A stretch of DNA of 47,123 nucleotides from an uncultured archaeon (lineage in GTDB: Archaea; Altiarchaeota; Altiarchaeia; IMC4; SCGC-AAA252-I15), in NCBI GenBank assembly GCA_902384455.1, contig CABMCB010000032.1, positions 1 through 47,123 of the forward strand. Reading direction: 5' to 3'. The notes under the pieces were generated by a model. That model was not told the DNA's origin. It saw only the letters and a list, made by a program, of their open reading frames with translations, and made no database searches. Both the position numbers and the translations under genes were made by a program. Each line of letters starts with the position of its first letter. Within the stretch, counting starts at the first letter, position 1. Positions 20,845 to 30,949 of this stretch are shown in pieces.

Positions 20845-22716
20845 TCAAGCTTTTACGTAAACTGCTACTGGCTGCGACGACCAGCCGGGAACATACTTGA
20901 CGCTTTGGACGAATAACACAGGATCCTTAAAGCGGACTGAAAAAACAGCGCAAGGCGTAAAGTCTTTCTGCAGCTTAACGCTCGGATTATCTTTCGCCAA
21001 AGCAACATGCTCTATCCTCAACCCCCCTTTAATGCGCTCAGACAAAAGCACCCACAACGGGTATTCGTAGTCGTCTTCCCTGACTAAAAGCCCGACGTCC
21101 GAACACCCCCTAGACGCTATGAAGTCTGCAGCGCCGCGATACGGTACGGCAATAACCATTTGATTCGCAAAATACTGGGCCTCACGCGGCACGTTGAAAA
21201 CCGTACGCTCCCCGTAAAGCGGACGCGACGCATTCCACAGCACATAAGGAACGGCAAAAACAACAAGAGCCAAACAAACCGCAAAACCCACATTGCGACT
21301 GCGAAAATCAGCCAAAACAAACCCCACAACAGGAGAAAACAAAACAAAAAAAGACAGATGAAGACGGCTATTCCACGGCGACCACTTAAGGAAAAAACAG
21401 AAAAGCAAAAAACCTAAGACGACGGCCGCTAAGTAAGTTAAGAGCTCTCTTCTTCTATGCCGCAGCGTGAGGTAGGCGATTGCGCAAAGCGCAAGCAGCA
21501 GGTGGAATGGGTTTCCGCTTAAGTCCTCGTGGAAAACGTAAGAAACCGCGAACCGGGTAGAGCCGTACGTCGTCTGGCGGTCGTTTACGTCCGTATTTAT
21601 GGCGTCATGCAGCGCATAAACTGTTTGATTGACTAAGCCGTTGACTGCGGGAAAAGGTGTTGCCCCCAAATGCAAAGCGGCAGTGCGCAACAAATTTGAC
21701 GCAAAAACGTTCACGCCGTACTTGCCGTTTATGCTTATGCTGTAAGGAGAAAATGAAGTCCCAAATAAAACAAAGTTCCTGGCGATATGGCCGCTGCTGA
21801 TGAGCACTGCTATAAGGAGGATGAGACAGACGTTTCTAACCCTTTCCAAACGGGTATGCCGTGAGAAGATTAAGTACAGAAGAATAAACGGCGGCACTGC
21901 CAGATAGGCCGTTGGCTTGGTCAGGAAGGCCATTCCGACGCTCGCTGCGGCCGCTGATATATCAGCAAAAGAAGGCTTAGAGAAGTTCTTAAGCCGCAGT
22001 ATGTAGTAAGCAGCGCATACGACCCAGAAGGATGTTACGTAGTCTGTTTGGGTGCTTGAGCCTTCAAGTAGGCCCATGGGTATTGTGGCGCAGAATACTG
22101 CCGTAAAAACCTGGCCTCTTTGCGGTATGCCTAATTGTTTTGCGATGAGTGTTATGCCTATTATGCAGCCGATCATGCTTGCCCACTGGATTAGGTTGAC
22201 AAATGAGTCGCCTCCGCATAGAATGTAGACGTTAAGAAGCAGGAACTCCGCTGCGGGGGTGCTATAGATCTGGCGTAATATGGCCGTAGGGTAGTGGTTT
22301 ATGTTTTGGTTTTGGGTCCAGTGAGCTACGCGGCTCATGTGGTACGTCATTGAGTCCCATGTGTTGGGAGGCGCGAATATTGCGGCTGCTCCTACTGCGG
22401 CGACTAATAGGCCGACTGCGGTCAGAAGGATTATTTGGTCGCGGGGAATCCTGAGTTTGGGAATTCCGTCCCACCTTGTTTTATGGATTTTAATGGCTGC
22501 TACTGCAACAACCAACGTCCACGAAAGCAAAAACCCTGGAAGCGCTAACAGGCCAACTGCGCTGAGGGCTTCTACGATGACCACCGCGATTACGCCGTAA
22601 GATACGGCCGCCGACAGCAGTGCCTGGCGCCATCCGGATGTTAGGGGGCGGAAAAAAAGGTAGAGTAGTAGAAACGACGAGGCGACTACGGCGAGGCCTG
22701 CTAATGCTGCATACAT
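20845..22716 (-). CDS. GT-C (PMT/ArnT-like) membrane glycosyltransferase
   Basis: PPNTWDSMTYH acidic loop motif, STQTD, LTKPT and about 12 TM segments. Confidence 0.75.
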   Translation of the reverse strand: MYAALAGLAVVASSFLLLYLFFRPLTSGWRQALLSAAVSYGVIAVVIVEALSAVGLLALPGFLLSWTLVVAVAAIKIHKTRWDGIPKLRIPRDQIILLTAVGLLVAAVGAAAIFAPPNTWDSMTYHMSRVAHWTQNQNINHYPTAILRQIYSTPAAEFLLLNVYILCGGDSFVNLIQWASMIGCIIGITLIAKQLGIPQRGQVFTAVFCATIPMGLLEGSSTQTDYVTSFWVVCAAYYILRLKNFSKPSFADISAAAASVGMAFLTKPTAYLAVPPFILLYLIFSRHTRLERVRNVCLILLIAVLISSGHIARNFVLFGTSFSPYSISINGKYGVNVFASNLLRTAALHLGATPFPAVNGLVNQTVYALHDAINTDVNDRQTTYGSTRFAVSYVFHEDLSGNPFHLLLALCAIAYLTLRHRRRELLTYLAAVVLGFLLFCFFLKWSPWNSRLHLSFFVLFSPVVGFVLADFRSRNVGFAVCLALVVFAVPYVLWNASRPLYGERTVFNVPREAQYFANQMVIAVPYRGAADFIASRGCSDVGLLVREDDYEYPLWVLLSERIKGGLRIEHVALAKDNPSVKLQKDFTPCAVFSVRFKDPVLFVQSVKYVPGWSSQPVAVYVKA

Positions 22717-22730
22717 GGTGTTTAGGAGTT

Positions 22731-23315
22731 TTACTTTATTGCCGAAGCCCAAATATTCATAAATATTTTGAAGTATCCTGCGTGAACCGTTTTTTTGTCG
22801 AATCCTGCGTCCGCAAGTTGGGTTCGGATTGACGTGGTAGTGTAGTAAGCCGTGTGCTCATGTATTTCCTCGCGGCTTACAAGACGGATTTTCGCCATTA
22901 AATTAAGTGGAATGCGAGTCCACGGAGCGGGGGTAGTTACTACAAGCGTTCCCCCCTGTTTGAGGACTCTGCGTACCTCTTTGAGGACTTCAGGCACGCG
23001 TTCAGGCTTAATGTGCTCTATCACCGCAAGCATCGTGACGGCGTCGAAATACCCGTCGTCAAAAGGCAGAGGCTGCTCCTCTACGTCGCTTGCCTTAATT
23101 TGTATTCCCGGTAAATTTTGATTTGAAGAAACGTGCTTGTCGACGCCGTATTTTTCAGAAAAATTCGTGGCGGAAAGAAAAACAGGGTAAGCGCCGCATC
23201 CGACGTCAAGTATGCGGCCTTTTCTTGCTGAATCGGGGATTATTTTTTCCGCCTTCTTTCTGCGTTGGCTGGCGAAGTATGCTTCGAGTAATCCGTTGCC
23301 TCGTGTTGGGTTCAT
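22731..23315 (-). CDS. Class I SAM-dependent methyltransferase
   Basis: [23 protein letters not shown] and RVLKQGG. Start set at ATG 23315 because the upstream extension is antisense to folE. Confidence 0.9.
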   Translation of the reverse strand: MNPTRGNGLLEAYFASQRRKKAEKIIPDSARKGRILDVGCGAYPVFLSATNFSEKYGVDKHVSSNQNLPGIQIKASDVEEQPLPFDDGYFDAVTMLAVIEHIKPERVPEVLKEVRRVLKQGGTLVVTTPAPWTRIPLNLMAKIRLVSREEIHEHTAYYTTTSIRTQLADAGFDKKTVHAGYFKIFMNIWASAIK

Positions 23316-23363
23316 TGCTGTGCGAAGTGGTGTTTTATATGTATTGAAGGCAGAATAATAGCC

Positions 23364-23912
23364 GTGGACCAGATGGAAAAGCTGTACAGGCAGCTTATTC
23401 AGGAGGTCGGAGAAAACCCAAGCCGCGAGGGGCTTAAGGATACTCCCAAGAGGGCGGCGGAGGCCTTCAGGTATTTGACTAAGGGTTATTCTCAGGATGT
23501 CGGCAAAGTAGTTAATGGGGCTGTTTTCAAGTCGAAGAACGAGGATTTGGTGATTGTGAAGGACATAGAGTTGTATTCTTTGTGCGAGCATCATCTCCTG
23601 CCGTTTTTTGGGAAATGCCACGTAGGATACACGCCCAAAGGCAAAGTCATAGGGCTCTCCAAGATTGCCCGCATAGTGGACGTTTACGCTCGCAGGCTTC
23701 AAGTGCAGGAGAATCTTACCAACCAGATAGCCGACGAAGTCATGAAACAGACCGGCGCCTCCGGAGTCGGCGTCGTCATTGACGCGCAGCACCTTTGCAT
23801 GATGATGCGCGGAGTGGAGAAACAGCAATCGGTGACAAAGACTTCGTGCATGAGGGGCGTATTCAGGACTAATCCGGCCACAAGGTCGGAGTTCCTAAGC
23901 CTCATTAAGTAG
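23364..23912 (+). CDS. folE: GTP cyclohydrolase I (FolE, type IA)
   Basis: [35 protein letters not shown] and HLCMMMRGV. Confidence 0.96.
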   Translation: MDQMEKLYRQLIQEVGENPSREGLKDTPKRAAEAFRYLTKGYSQDVGKVVNGAVFKSKNEDLVIVKDIELYSLCEHHLLPFFGKCHVGYTPKGKVIGLSKIARIVDVYARRLQVQENLTNQIADEVMKQTGASGVGVVIDAQHLCMMMRGVEKQQSVTKTSCMRGVFRTNPATRSEFLSLIK

Positions 23913-23922
23913 ACGAGGATAC

Positions 23923-24369
23923 ATGAAGGCCAGAGAGCGTTTTCCCAAAGTCGTCGTTGGGGCGCTTGTTTTCAACAAAAAAGGCGAGGCCCTTCTTCTT
24001 AAGACGCACAAGTGGGGAAACAAATACGGACTGGCAGGCGGAAAAGTAAGGTACGGAGAAACGCTGAAAGAAGCGGTTAAACGAGAGGTGCTGGAAGAAA
24101 CCGGCCTTGCAGTAAGCGAAATAGAATTCTTCATAGTACAGCAGATGGCGCGCCCCAAAGAATTCTACAAAGACGTGCACTTCATCGCCATCAACTTCCT
24201 ATGCAAAACATCAAAAACCAAAGTCACACTAAACGAAGAATCGGAGGAATACGTCTGGGTGAAACCTGAGGTGTCTTTGCGGCTTGAGTTGAATGCGCCG
24301 ACTCGGGAATTTATGCGGGAGTACGTTAAAAGGAAATCAGGTAAGGCAAACTATTGCGAGGGGAGATAA
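23923..24369 (+). CDS. Nudix hydrolase, probable dihydroneopterin/dihydromonapterin triphosphate pyrophosphatase
   Basis: Nudix box GGKVRYGETLKEAVKREVLEETGL. Specific function inferred only from operon context. Confidence 0.85.
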   Translation: MKARERFPKVVVGALVFNKKGEALLLKTHKWGNKYGLAGGKVRYGETLKEAVKREVLEETGLAVSEIEFFIVQQMARPKEFYKDVHFIAINFLCKTSKTKVTLNEESEEYVWVKPEVSLRLELNAPTREFMREYVKRKSGKANYCEGR

Positions 24370-25100
24370 TGAGCAAACAGATTCTGAAGGGGAAGGTAGC
24401 TTTGGTGACCGGCAGCGCCAAACGCACAGGGCGGGCTATAGCGTTGGCTTTGGCCGACGCGGGAGCCGACGTCGTAGTTCACTATAACACTAGCAGTAAG
24501 GAGGCGACCGAGGTCGTCCGTCTCATACGGAAGAAGGGCCGTAAATCGGTTGCTTTGAGGGCTGATTTGCGCAGTCCTCAGGAGGTGGCGGCTTTGTTTT
24601 CTGGGATTGAGAAGGAGTTTGGTGGCGTTGACGTGTTGGTGAATAACGTGGGGACGTACATGAAGAAGCATGTTGCCGATATTACTGCTGACGAGTGGGA
24701 CTCTCTTCTTGACGGCACTTTGAACGCCACTTATTACTGTTGCTGCGCCGCTCTTCCATACATGAGGAGGCGGAAGTGGGGGCGGATAATCAACATGGCC
24801 GACGCTTCGGTTGACCAGATTAAGCCTTTTGTTTATTCGACTCCGTACAAGATTGGGAAGATGGGCATCGTAGTTTTGACTAAGACGCTTGCTGTTTCCG
24901 AGGGGCGTTATGGGGTTACGGTGAACGCAGTTTCTCCGGGCGTCCTGTTCAATTCGGTAGTTAAACCCGGCAAGGATATTCCTTTGGGCAGGATGGCGAA
25001 GTACGAGGACATAATAAACGCCATAATGTTTTTGATTGACCCCGCCTCAGAGTACATTACTGGAGTCAACCTCAAGGTGTCTGGGGGGTTTGACGTTTGA
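24369..25100 (+). CDS. SDR oxidoreductase, pteridine reductase (FolM/PTR1)-like
   Basis: TGSAKRTG (PTR1-like), VHYNTS, NMAD and YKIGK (YxxxK). TAATG overlap with the Nudix gene. Confidence 0.8.
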   Translation: MSKQILKGKVALVTGSAKRTGRAIALALADAGADVVVHYNTSSKEATEVVRLIRKKGRKSVALRADLRSPQEVAALFSGIEKEFGGVDVLVNNVGTYMKKHVADITADEWDSLLDGTLNATYYCCCAALPYMRRRKWGRIINMADASVDQIKPFVYSTPYKIGKMGIVVLTKTLAVSEGRYGVTVNAVSPGVLFNSVVKPGKDIPLGRMAKYEDIINAIMFLIDPASEYITGVNLKVSGGFDV

Positions 25101-25106
25101 TTGACG

Positions 25107-25481
25107 ATGAAAACGGCTGTATTGAAAATCAGGGGGCTCAAGGCGCACACTCTTGTGGGAGTAAAAAAGTCTGAGCGGAAGAAAAAGCAGAAACTGGTTA
25201 TTAACGTTAGATTGGAGTACGACGCGACCAAGGCAATCAAAACCGACGACGTCAAATATGCCGTGGATTACGACGCGCTTTCAAAGAGGATAACCAAAGA
25301 AGTTGAAAAAACCCGTTTCTACCTCATAGAAAAACTGGCCGACCACATTCTTTCTGTGATTATGGAGGACAAGCGCGTGCTTGAGGCGAAAGTTAAGGTT
25401 TCGAAGCCCGGTGCCCTGCCTTCAGCTAAGTCGGTTAACGCCGAATTAAGCGCTAAGCGGCCTGCCAGAAAATCCGGTTGA
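25107..25481 (+). CDS. FolB/FolX-family T-fold protein (dihydroneopterin aldolase/epimerase)
   Basis: VGVxxxER...Q, VDY, FYLIEKLA and SKPGA. Confidence 0.88.
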   Translation: MKTAVLKIRGLKAHTLVGVKKSERKKKQKLVINVRLEYDATKAIKTDDVKYAVDYDALSKRITKEVEKTRFYLIEKLADHILSVIMEDKRVLEAKVKVSKPGALPSAKSVNAELSAKRPARKSG

Positions 25482-25522
25482 CTGCATTCTTCTTTTTTCC
25501 TTCCGCATAATTGGAGTGAACA

Positions 25523-26590
25523 ATGAGGGTATTAAGCAGAAACATTAAGTCAGGCTACTTGAAGTTTGAGGTGGAAAACCTCGACGACCTATGGTTTCTG
25601 GCGCAGGTTATTCAATCTGGCGACGCAGTCAAAGGCAAGACTGAACGCAGCATCAAAGGCAAAGACGACATGGTAAGAAGCGGCGGCGGAGAACGGCTCA
25701 CGGTCACCCTCGCAGTGTCCGTCGAAGAAGTGGAATTCAAATCAGAAGGCGACACACTCAGAATCAAAGGCAAAATAACCGAAGGACCCGAAGACGTCAT
25801 AGCGCTCGGAGGCCATCACACGTTCGTAGTCGAGGCAGGAACTGTGCTTTCGCTGGAGAAAAAGCAGTGGAATGAAACCGAAATAAACCTAATCCGGGAG
25901 GCGGAAAAACAGGCGCACCGGCCCAAGGTCGCCATTGCGGTTATAGACGAAGGAGAGGCGACCGTCGCCTTGATCAGGGAAAGCAAAGTACAGTACTACG
26001 AAGTCTCCCACACGGTAGGCTGAAAATACGACACAGGAGGACGCGAAATCCGCGTCAAAGAATACTACGCGGAAGTAGGAAAACTACTTTCAGACTTAAT
26101 GACCAGAGAAAACGTCGTCGCAACCATAATCGCAGGCCCAGGATTCGAGAAAAACCACTTCATGGAATACTTCACCCAAAACTTCCCAGAAGCCGCAAAA
26201 AACGCGTCCGTCGACAACATAGGAAGCAATGGCAGAAACGGCGTCTCAGAAGTAATGAAACGAACACTATTCACGCGAATAATCCAAGACGCATCCGCAG
26301 CACGCGACATCAAACTACTCGACGAATTCCTAAAACACGTAGGCAAAGACGACGGACTCGCCTCATACGGCCTAAACGACGTCAAAAACGCCGCGCTCTC
26401 AGGAGCCGTAGAAACTCTCCTTGCGACAGACACCTTCTTCAGGGAACGCCGTGCTGAACTAGAGGAAATATCAGGCCTCGTTAGGTACAAGAAAGGCACT
26501 GTGCACCTTATGAACTCGGACGGCGACGCAGGAAAACAACTACAGGCGCTTGGCGGACTAGCCGCCGTCCTAAGGTACAGGACGAGCTGA
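25523..26590 (+). CDS. pelA: Pelota (aDom34) ribosome-rescue factor with one in-frame TGA at 26021-26023 (readthrough, pseudogene or sequencing error)
   Basis: ENLDDLWFL, HHT, AGPGFEK, ASYG, GAVETLL and QLQALGGLAAVLRY. The two track ORFs share one frame and give 355 codons if joined. Confidence 0.9.
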
Positions 26591-27142
26591 ATCAGGCACT
26601 GCCTTCTGATGCGTCTTTCTGAACAGCCAAACAGTGTACGCCACCATAAGCGCTATCTCTATAACGTAGAATTCGAAGCTCCCCCAATGCATAACCCCGC
26701 TCGTCTTAACGTCCCACAAAGGAAAAAAAGGCTTCAACGCAGTCGCATCCTTATGAGTGAAAATATCCATCGTAATATGAAGCCCCATACCAAAAACAAG
26801 CGGCCAATAAACCCGCTTCAAAACCACATAGAAGATTAAAGTAAGCGCCGCCAACGTCACATAACTATGGTGGATGTAGTAGACGTTCTTCAGCGGACCG
26901 TCAAACACCGCCCGCACCTGAGGATACATCTGCGCGGAAGGGCCAGGCATGAAAGGCAGTCCGTTTGACGTCATAATCCACGCTGCCGTCAGGATAAGCG
27001 TGAGGTTGCCTAGGTCCGGCAGAAAAGTGAAGAAGTAGAACGCAATCCGCCCTCGCCGCGTAGCGAAGTCTTTCATACTCCGTATGCGCGGATGCTTGAG
27101 CAGCAGGTACGTCCATAGTAGGTGGCTTATTTCGTCGGGCAT
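26570..27142 (-). CDS. Membrane-bound metal-dependent hydrolase (YdjM-like)
   Basis: ISHLL, LPDL, HHS and HITMDIFTH motifs with TM segments. Confidence 0.75.
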   Translation of the reverse strand: MPDEISHLLWTYLLLKHPRIRSMKDFATRRGRIAFYFFTFLPDLGNLTLILTAAWIMTSNGLPFMPGPSAQMYPQVRAVFDGPLKNVYYIHHSYVTLAALTLIFYVVLKRVYWPLVFGMGLHITMDIFTHKDATALKPFFPLWDVKTSGVMHWGSFEFYVIEIALMVAYTVWLFRKTHQKAVPDSARPVP

Positions 27143-27247
27143 AGTTTGAACAGCGGAATTGAATGAGGAAGGAGAATCTTAATAAAGGAATATGGTTTCG
27201 TTTGGGTTACTGCCCGCTTTATATTAAAACGGCGCCCAAGACATAGC

Positions 27248-27895
27248 ATGGATAAAAAGGCGGCGTTCTCAGTCACAATACTACTATGCCTAATCGCAGG
27301 CTGCCTAGAAAACCAGCCCATCCAGCTTAACGGCACAGAAATCAACGAATACAAAGGCGAAAAACTATCCTCCATAAACGACTTCAGAGAAAACTCCATA
27401 AACGGCCCGCAATACATCAACATCAGCACATACCGACTTGAAATTTCAGGGCTAGTGAACAACCCTCAAAACATCACATACGACGAAGTACTCAACCACC
27501 CAAGCTACGCAAAACCAGTGCGCCTAAACTGCGTTGAAGGCTGGAGTGTGACCATACTCTGGGAAGGCGTGAAAGTCAAGGACCTGCTTTCCGAGGCCAA
27601 CGTGAAGCCTGACGCGAACACGATAATTTTCTACGCCTACGACGGCTACTCCACCTCGTTCCCGCTGGACTACATCCTGAACAACGACATACTCTTGGCG
27701 TACAAAATGAACAACGCCACAATTCCGCCTGAACGCGGATACCCGTTCCAACTGGTGGCGGAGCAAAAATGGGGCTACAAATGGATAAAATGGGTGACAA
27801 AAATAGAGCTGTCAAACAACACAGACTACAAAGGATACTGGGAAAGCGCAGGATACAGCCAAAACGGAGACCTAGACAAACCCAAATTCAATTAG
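27248..27895 (+). CDS. Lipoprotein molybdopterin-dependent oxidoreductase (sulfite oxidase/MsrP family)
   Basis: Lipobox LIAGC, LNCVEGW (Mo-ligating Cys), RGYPFQL, GYKWIKWV and GYWE. Confidence 0.88.
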   Translation: MDKKAAFSVTILLCLIAGCLENQPIQLNGTEINEYKGEKLSSINDFRENSINGPQYINISTYRLEISGLVNNPQNITYDEVLNHPSYAKPVRLNCVEGWSVTILWEGVKVKDLLSEANVKPDANTIIFYAYDGYSTSFPLDYILNNDILLAYKMNNATIPPERGYPFQLVAEQKWGYKWIKWVTKIELSNNTDYKGYWESAGYSQNGDLDKPKFN

Positions 27896-27899
27896 GACA

Positions 27900-28715
27900 C
27901 TATCCCTTGCTTCCCATGAATATGCTAAGTGAAAGCCCAGTAAGCAAAGCAACAAGCGAATTCGACGCAAAGTACCCCAACGAAAGAAGCTGCTCAACAG
28001 AGTAATTACCCCAAAAATGCCCTAACAACACAGACAGAACGCCACCAAAAACCAACGCCACAAACAAATGGAACAACCCCTTCTGGTACTCCTTATAGCT
28101 CCTACGAACGAAAAGCAACGCCGCCGCTAAAAACAAAACAAAGAAACCCAAACCAACGCTTGCAACAGGAGGAGGCGTAGTATAAGACGAAAACACGCCA
28201 AACTCCGCAATCACGACATAAACCAAAATAACTCCGACACTCTTATCGCCACCTTTAGGGACAAAAGAAGGCAACCCCTGCGATTCCGCCGGCTTAGAAG
28301 CCGCTTCAACAACCTTAGGCTGCGCTTCAGCAGAAGCACCCTTAATCCTAAAAACAGAACCAATCTGCTTGAAAGAATAAAAAGCAGAATACAACGCAAT
28401 GACCACAGCCAAAAGACCAGCAGCCAAACCTATACCCCCCATAAGAGCCAACATTAAAGTAAAACCTTCTGCAGCCACCTTAGAAGACAAACCCAACAGG
28501 AACTGAAACAAAGCCAACGTGACTATCGTCAGCAGAAAGAGCTTCTTAAGAAGGAATATGATAAGGCCTGTCAGCTTGTTTATCAGAAACACAACTACGT
28601 AGGTAAAAATCAAAAGTACTGTGACGGCAAAAAGGTCCCCCTCCAGCACTCTTGACGGCAAACTATTAACGCTTTCCAAAAGGAAACTCGTCAGACCAGC
28701 AACCTCCATGACCAT
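27900..28715 (-). CDS. Hypothetical polytopic membrane protein
   Basis: 271-aa ORF with about 7 hydrophobic segments. Confidence 0.7.
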   Translation of the reverse strand: MVMEVAGLTSFLLESVNSLPSRVLEGDLFAVTVLLIFTYVVVFLINKLTGLIIFLLKKLFLLTIVTLALFQFLLGLSSKVAAEGFTLMLALMGGIGLAAGLLAVVIALYSAFYSFKQIGSVFRIKGASAEAQPKVVEAASKPAESQGLPSFVPKGGDKSVGVILVYVVIAEFGVFSSYTTPPPVASVGLGFFVLFLAAALLFVRRSYKEYQKGLFHLFVALVFGGVLSVLLGHFWGNYSVEQLLSLGYFASNSLVALLTGLSLSIFMGSKG

Positions 28716-28768
28716 ACTGCAGAGTTATGTTAAGACTTACTTCTGACCACTAATAAACCAAGCGGCCC

Positions 28769-29095
28769 TCACACAATCAGGTTATACAAAACAAGCGCGC
28801 CTGACGCCAAAACCAATAGCCCCGGGAGAATATCTCCGGAGTAAAACCATAGCATATAACCGCCGCACGCCAGACAAAGAAACCCAAACAATACAGAAAC
28901 GAACCTGCGCCGCAGCAGAATATGAACCATGTAACCGCACGCCAAAACCAGAAGAACCCAACTTAAACCCCCACGAGGCAGACCGCCTATAAGGTCGATT
29001 TTGATTATGACTATGAGTAGGACTGATAGCGCCAGCACCATCGTCCCAACGCGCGTCAGGACGTCTATTTTCTTGTATCTGTTTTCCTTTTGCAT
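28769..29095 (-). CDS. Hypothetical small membrane protein
   Basis: About 4 TM helices; start at ATG 29095 (MQKENRY) is uncertain. Confidence 0.55.
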   Translation of the reverse strand: MQKENRYKKIDVLTRVGTMVLALSVLLIVIIKIDLIGGLPRGGLSWVLLVLACGYMVHILLRRRFVSVLFGFLCLACGGYMLWFYSGDILPGLLVLASGALVLYNLIV

Positions 29096-29203
29096 ATGTG
29101 TGAGATGAATGCGCTCATGCGAAAGAAATACGCCAAACAAGTAGGTGGCTTATTTCATCGAGCATCTCAAAATGAAGGAAAACGCGATAGAAAAGTGTTT
29201 CGT

Positions 29204-29884
29204 TTACCAGATGCCAGGTATTAATCGATACTTTACTTGTTGGGTGTATTCTCTGTATCCCTCCAAGTCTTTTAGCAGTAACCTCTCTTCGTCGAATATT
29301 CTAATTAATATTACGCCGACTGCGGGAGCGAAAAAAATCAAACCCACATAAGAGCCGAGGGCGAGGGGAATGCATAAGTACATGGGTATTATCGCCGCAT
29401 ACATGGGGTGCCGGACTATGGCGTAGGGCCCTGTTTTGATGACCTTCTGTTTCTTATCGACTTCGACTATCCTTGAAGCATAACTATTTTCCTTAAACAC
29501 GCGGAAAACAACCATATACGCCGTGAAAATAACGGCGTCCGATGCGACAACAAGCCAAACAGGCACGTTAGACCAGCCGAACCGGTAATCAAACCCAGAT
29601 ATCAGGAAGCCTATGAAAAAGAGCATCTGAGCTATTTTGATTATAGACTTTTCTTTAGCCTCTCTTTCCTTGAACCTAAGTCTTCTCTCAAGAAGCTGCG
29701 GATCATTCTTCAGGAAATAGGATACCACAAAAACAAAGGGTATGAATAAAGTACCCATAAACAACCAAGCTTGCCAGTAGTTTAATGAACCAGCAGGCAC
29801 GAAAAGCATCAAACCAGTGACTACAATAGCCAAAGGAAAAAACAAAAAAATCCTTTTCTTCAAACCCGAACGTGACTGCTCCAT
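29204..29884 (-). CDS. Isoprenylcysteine carboxyl methyltransferase / PEMT family membrane protein
   Basis: GPYAIVRHPMY and RIFDEE...L.GYREY...YRLIPGIW. Confidence 0.9.
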   Translation of the reverse strand: MEQSRSGLKKRIFLFFPLAIVVTGLMLFVPAGSLNYWQAWLFMGTLFIPFVFVVSYFLKNDPQLLERRLRFKEREAKEKSIIKIAQMLFFIGFLISGFDYRFGWSNVPVWLVVASDAVIFTAYMVVFRVFKENSYASRIVEVDKKQKVIKTGPYAIVRHPMYAAIIPMYLCIPLALGSYVGLIFFAPAVGVILIRIFDEERLLLKDLEGYREYTQQVKYRLIPGIW

Positions 29885-29933
29885 AATAATAAACGCCGTA
29901 TATCACTAATTACTCAGCGAATAAAAAAAAAGT

Positions 29934-30008
29934 TGCTCCCGCCGGGATTCGAACCCGGGTCGCGAGGTCGAAAGCCTCGCATGATTGGCCGGACTACACC
30001 ACAGGAGC
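29934..30008 (-). tRNA. tRNA-Glu(TTC)
   Basis: GCTCCTG...CGGGAGC-A, anticodon arm CGAGG-CTTTCGA-CCTCG and T-loop GTTCGAATC. Confidence 0.96.
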
Positions 30009-30057
30009 GGACGTAGGTTTTATTTTTACGTTGTTGGGGAATATAAACGGGGTTTGT

Positions 30058-30603
30058 TTATTGTTTCTTCTTTTTTGCTTGTTTTTTGTAGGCTTCTATT
30101 GAGCGCAGTACTTCTTTGCGGGCGTCTGCTGCGAGACCCCATTTTTTGACGTCGACCCATTTTCCGGGTTCGAGTTCTTTGTAACGCATGAAGAAGTGGC
30201 TTATTTCTTCTTTCGTGTGGGGCGGCAGGTCTTTGATTTCTTTGGCTCCTGCGAAGCGGGAGTCTACTTCCGCTGCGGGCACGGCGAGTATTTTGTTGTC
30301 TACGCCTTCTTCGTCTTCCATTATTAGGACGCCTACTGGTTTGCAGGGTATTACTGCTTTGGGGACTAAGGGTTCGTATCCCATGACCAGTATGTCTAGG
30401 GGGTCTCCGTCGTCGTCTAGTGTTTGCGGTATGAAGCCGTAGTTGAAGGGGTAGAACATGCTTGTGAACAGTATCCTGTTTACGAACACTGTGTCTGAGG
30501 AATCTACCTCGTATTTGACGCGGCTGCCTTGAGAAACCTCTATGACGGCGTAAACGTCATGCGGTGGTTTTCTGCCTGGCGGCAGCGTATCCTTCAACGC
30601 CAC
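30058..30603 (-). CDS. ppa: Inorganic pyrophosphatase (family I)
   Basis: KYE, YPFNYGFIPQTL, DGDPLD and FFMRYKELE. Confidence 0.96.
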   Translation of the reverse strand: MALKDTLPPGRKPPHDVYAVIEVSQGSRVKYEVDSSDTVFVNRILFTSMFYPFNYGFIPQTLDDDGDPLDILVMGYEPLVPKAVIPCKPVGVLIMEDEEGVDNKILAVPAAEVDSRFAGAKEIKDLPPHTKEEISHFFMRYKELEPGKWVDVKKWGLAADARKEVLRSIEAYKKQAKKKKQ

Positions 30604-30612
30604 GTTAGAAAC

Positions 30613-30921
30613 CTATTTAGTCAGCTCTATTTCGATGTGGACTCCGTCAGGAACCTGCACCCGCATAATCTGGCGCAAACTGCGTTCCTCGGCGTCCACC
30701 TCGATTACGCGCTTGTGAATCCGCATCTCCCAGCGTTCCCAAGTGGCGGTTCCGTCTCCGGAAACGCTCTTGCGTGTGGTCACACGCATCTTCTTGGTCG
30801 GAAGGGGGACGGGTCCAGCGTAGTCTACGCCAGTCTTCTCGGTTATGCCGATAATCTGGCCGCAGACGTCGTCTATTTGTTTGACGTCTTTTCCTATGAG
30901 GATTATTCGCGCCTTCTCCAT
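30613..30921 (-). CDS. rps10: 30S ribosomal protein S10 (uS10)
   Basis: GPVPLPTK and [15 protein letters not shown]. Start at ATG 30921. Confidence 0.97.
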   Translation of the reverse strand: MEKARIILIGKDVKQIDDVCGQIIGITEKTGVDYAGPVPLPTKKMRVTTRKSVSGDGTATWERWEMRIHKRVIEVDAEERSLRQIMRVQVPDGVHIEIELTK

Positions 30922-30949
30922 GGAGAATAAATTGGGGGAAGAAGGCGTT

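Noticed and set aside
23316-23828. Apparent 365-aa methyltransferase fusion
   Set aside because: The extension is the antisense shadow of folE.
26021-26023. Genome-wide UGA reassignment (Gly/Trp) or selenocysteine at the pelota UGA
   Set aside because: TGA ends several genes at their expected C-termini (metX, rpl5, rpl29, pelota itself). The position is a conserved Gly rather than Cys, and the tRNA-Gly here has a normal TCC anticodon.
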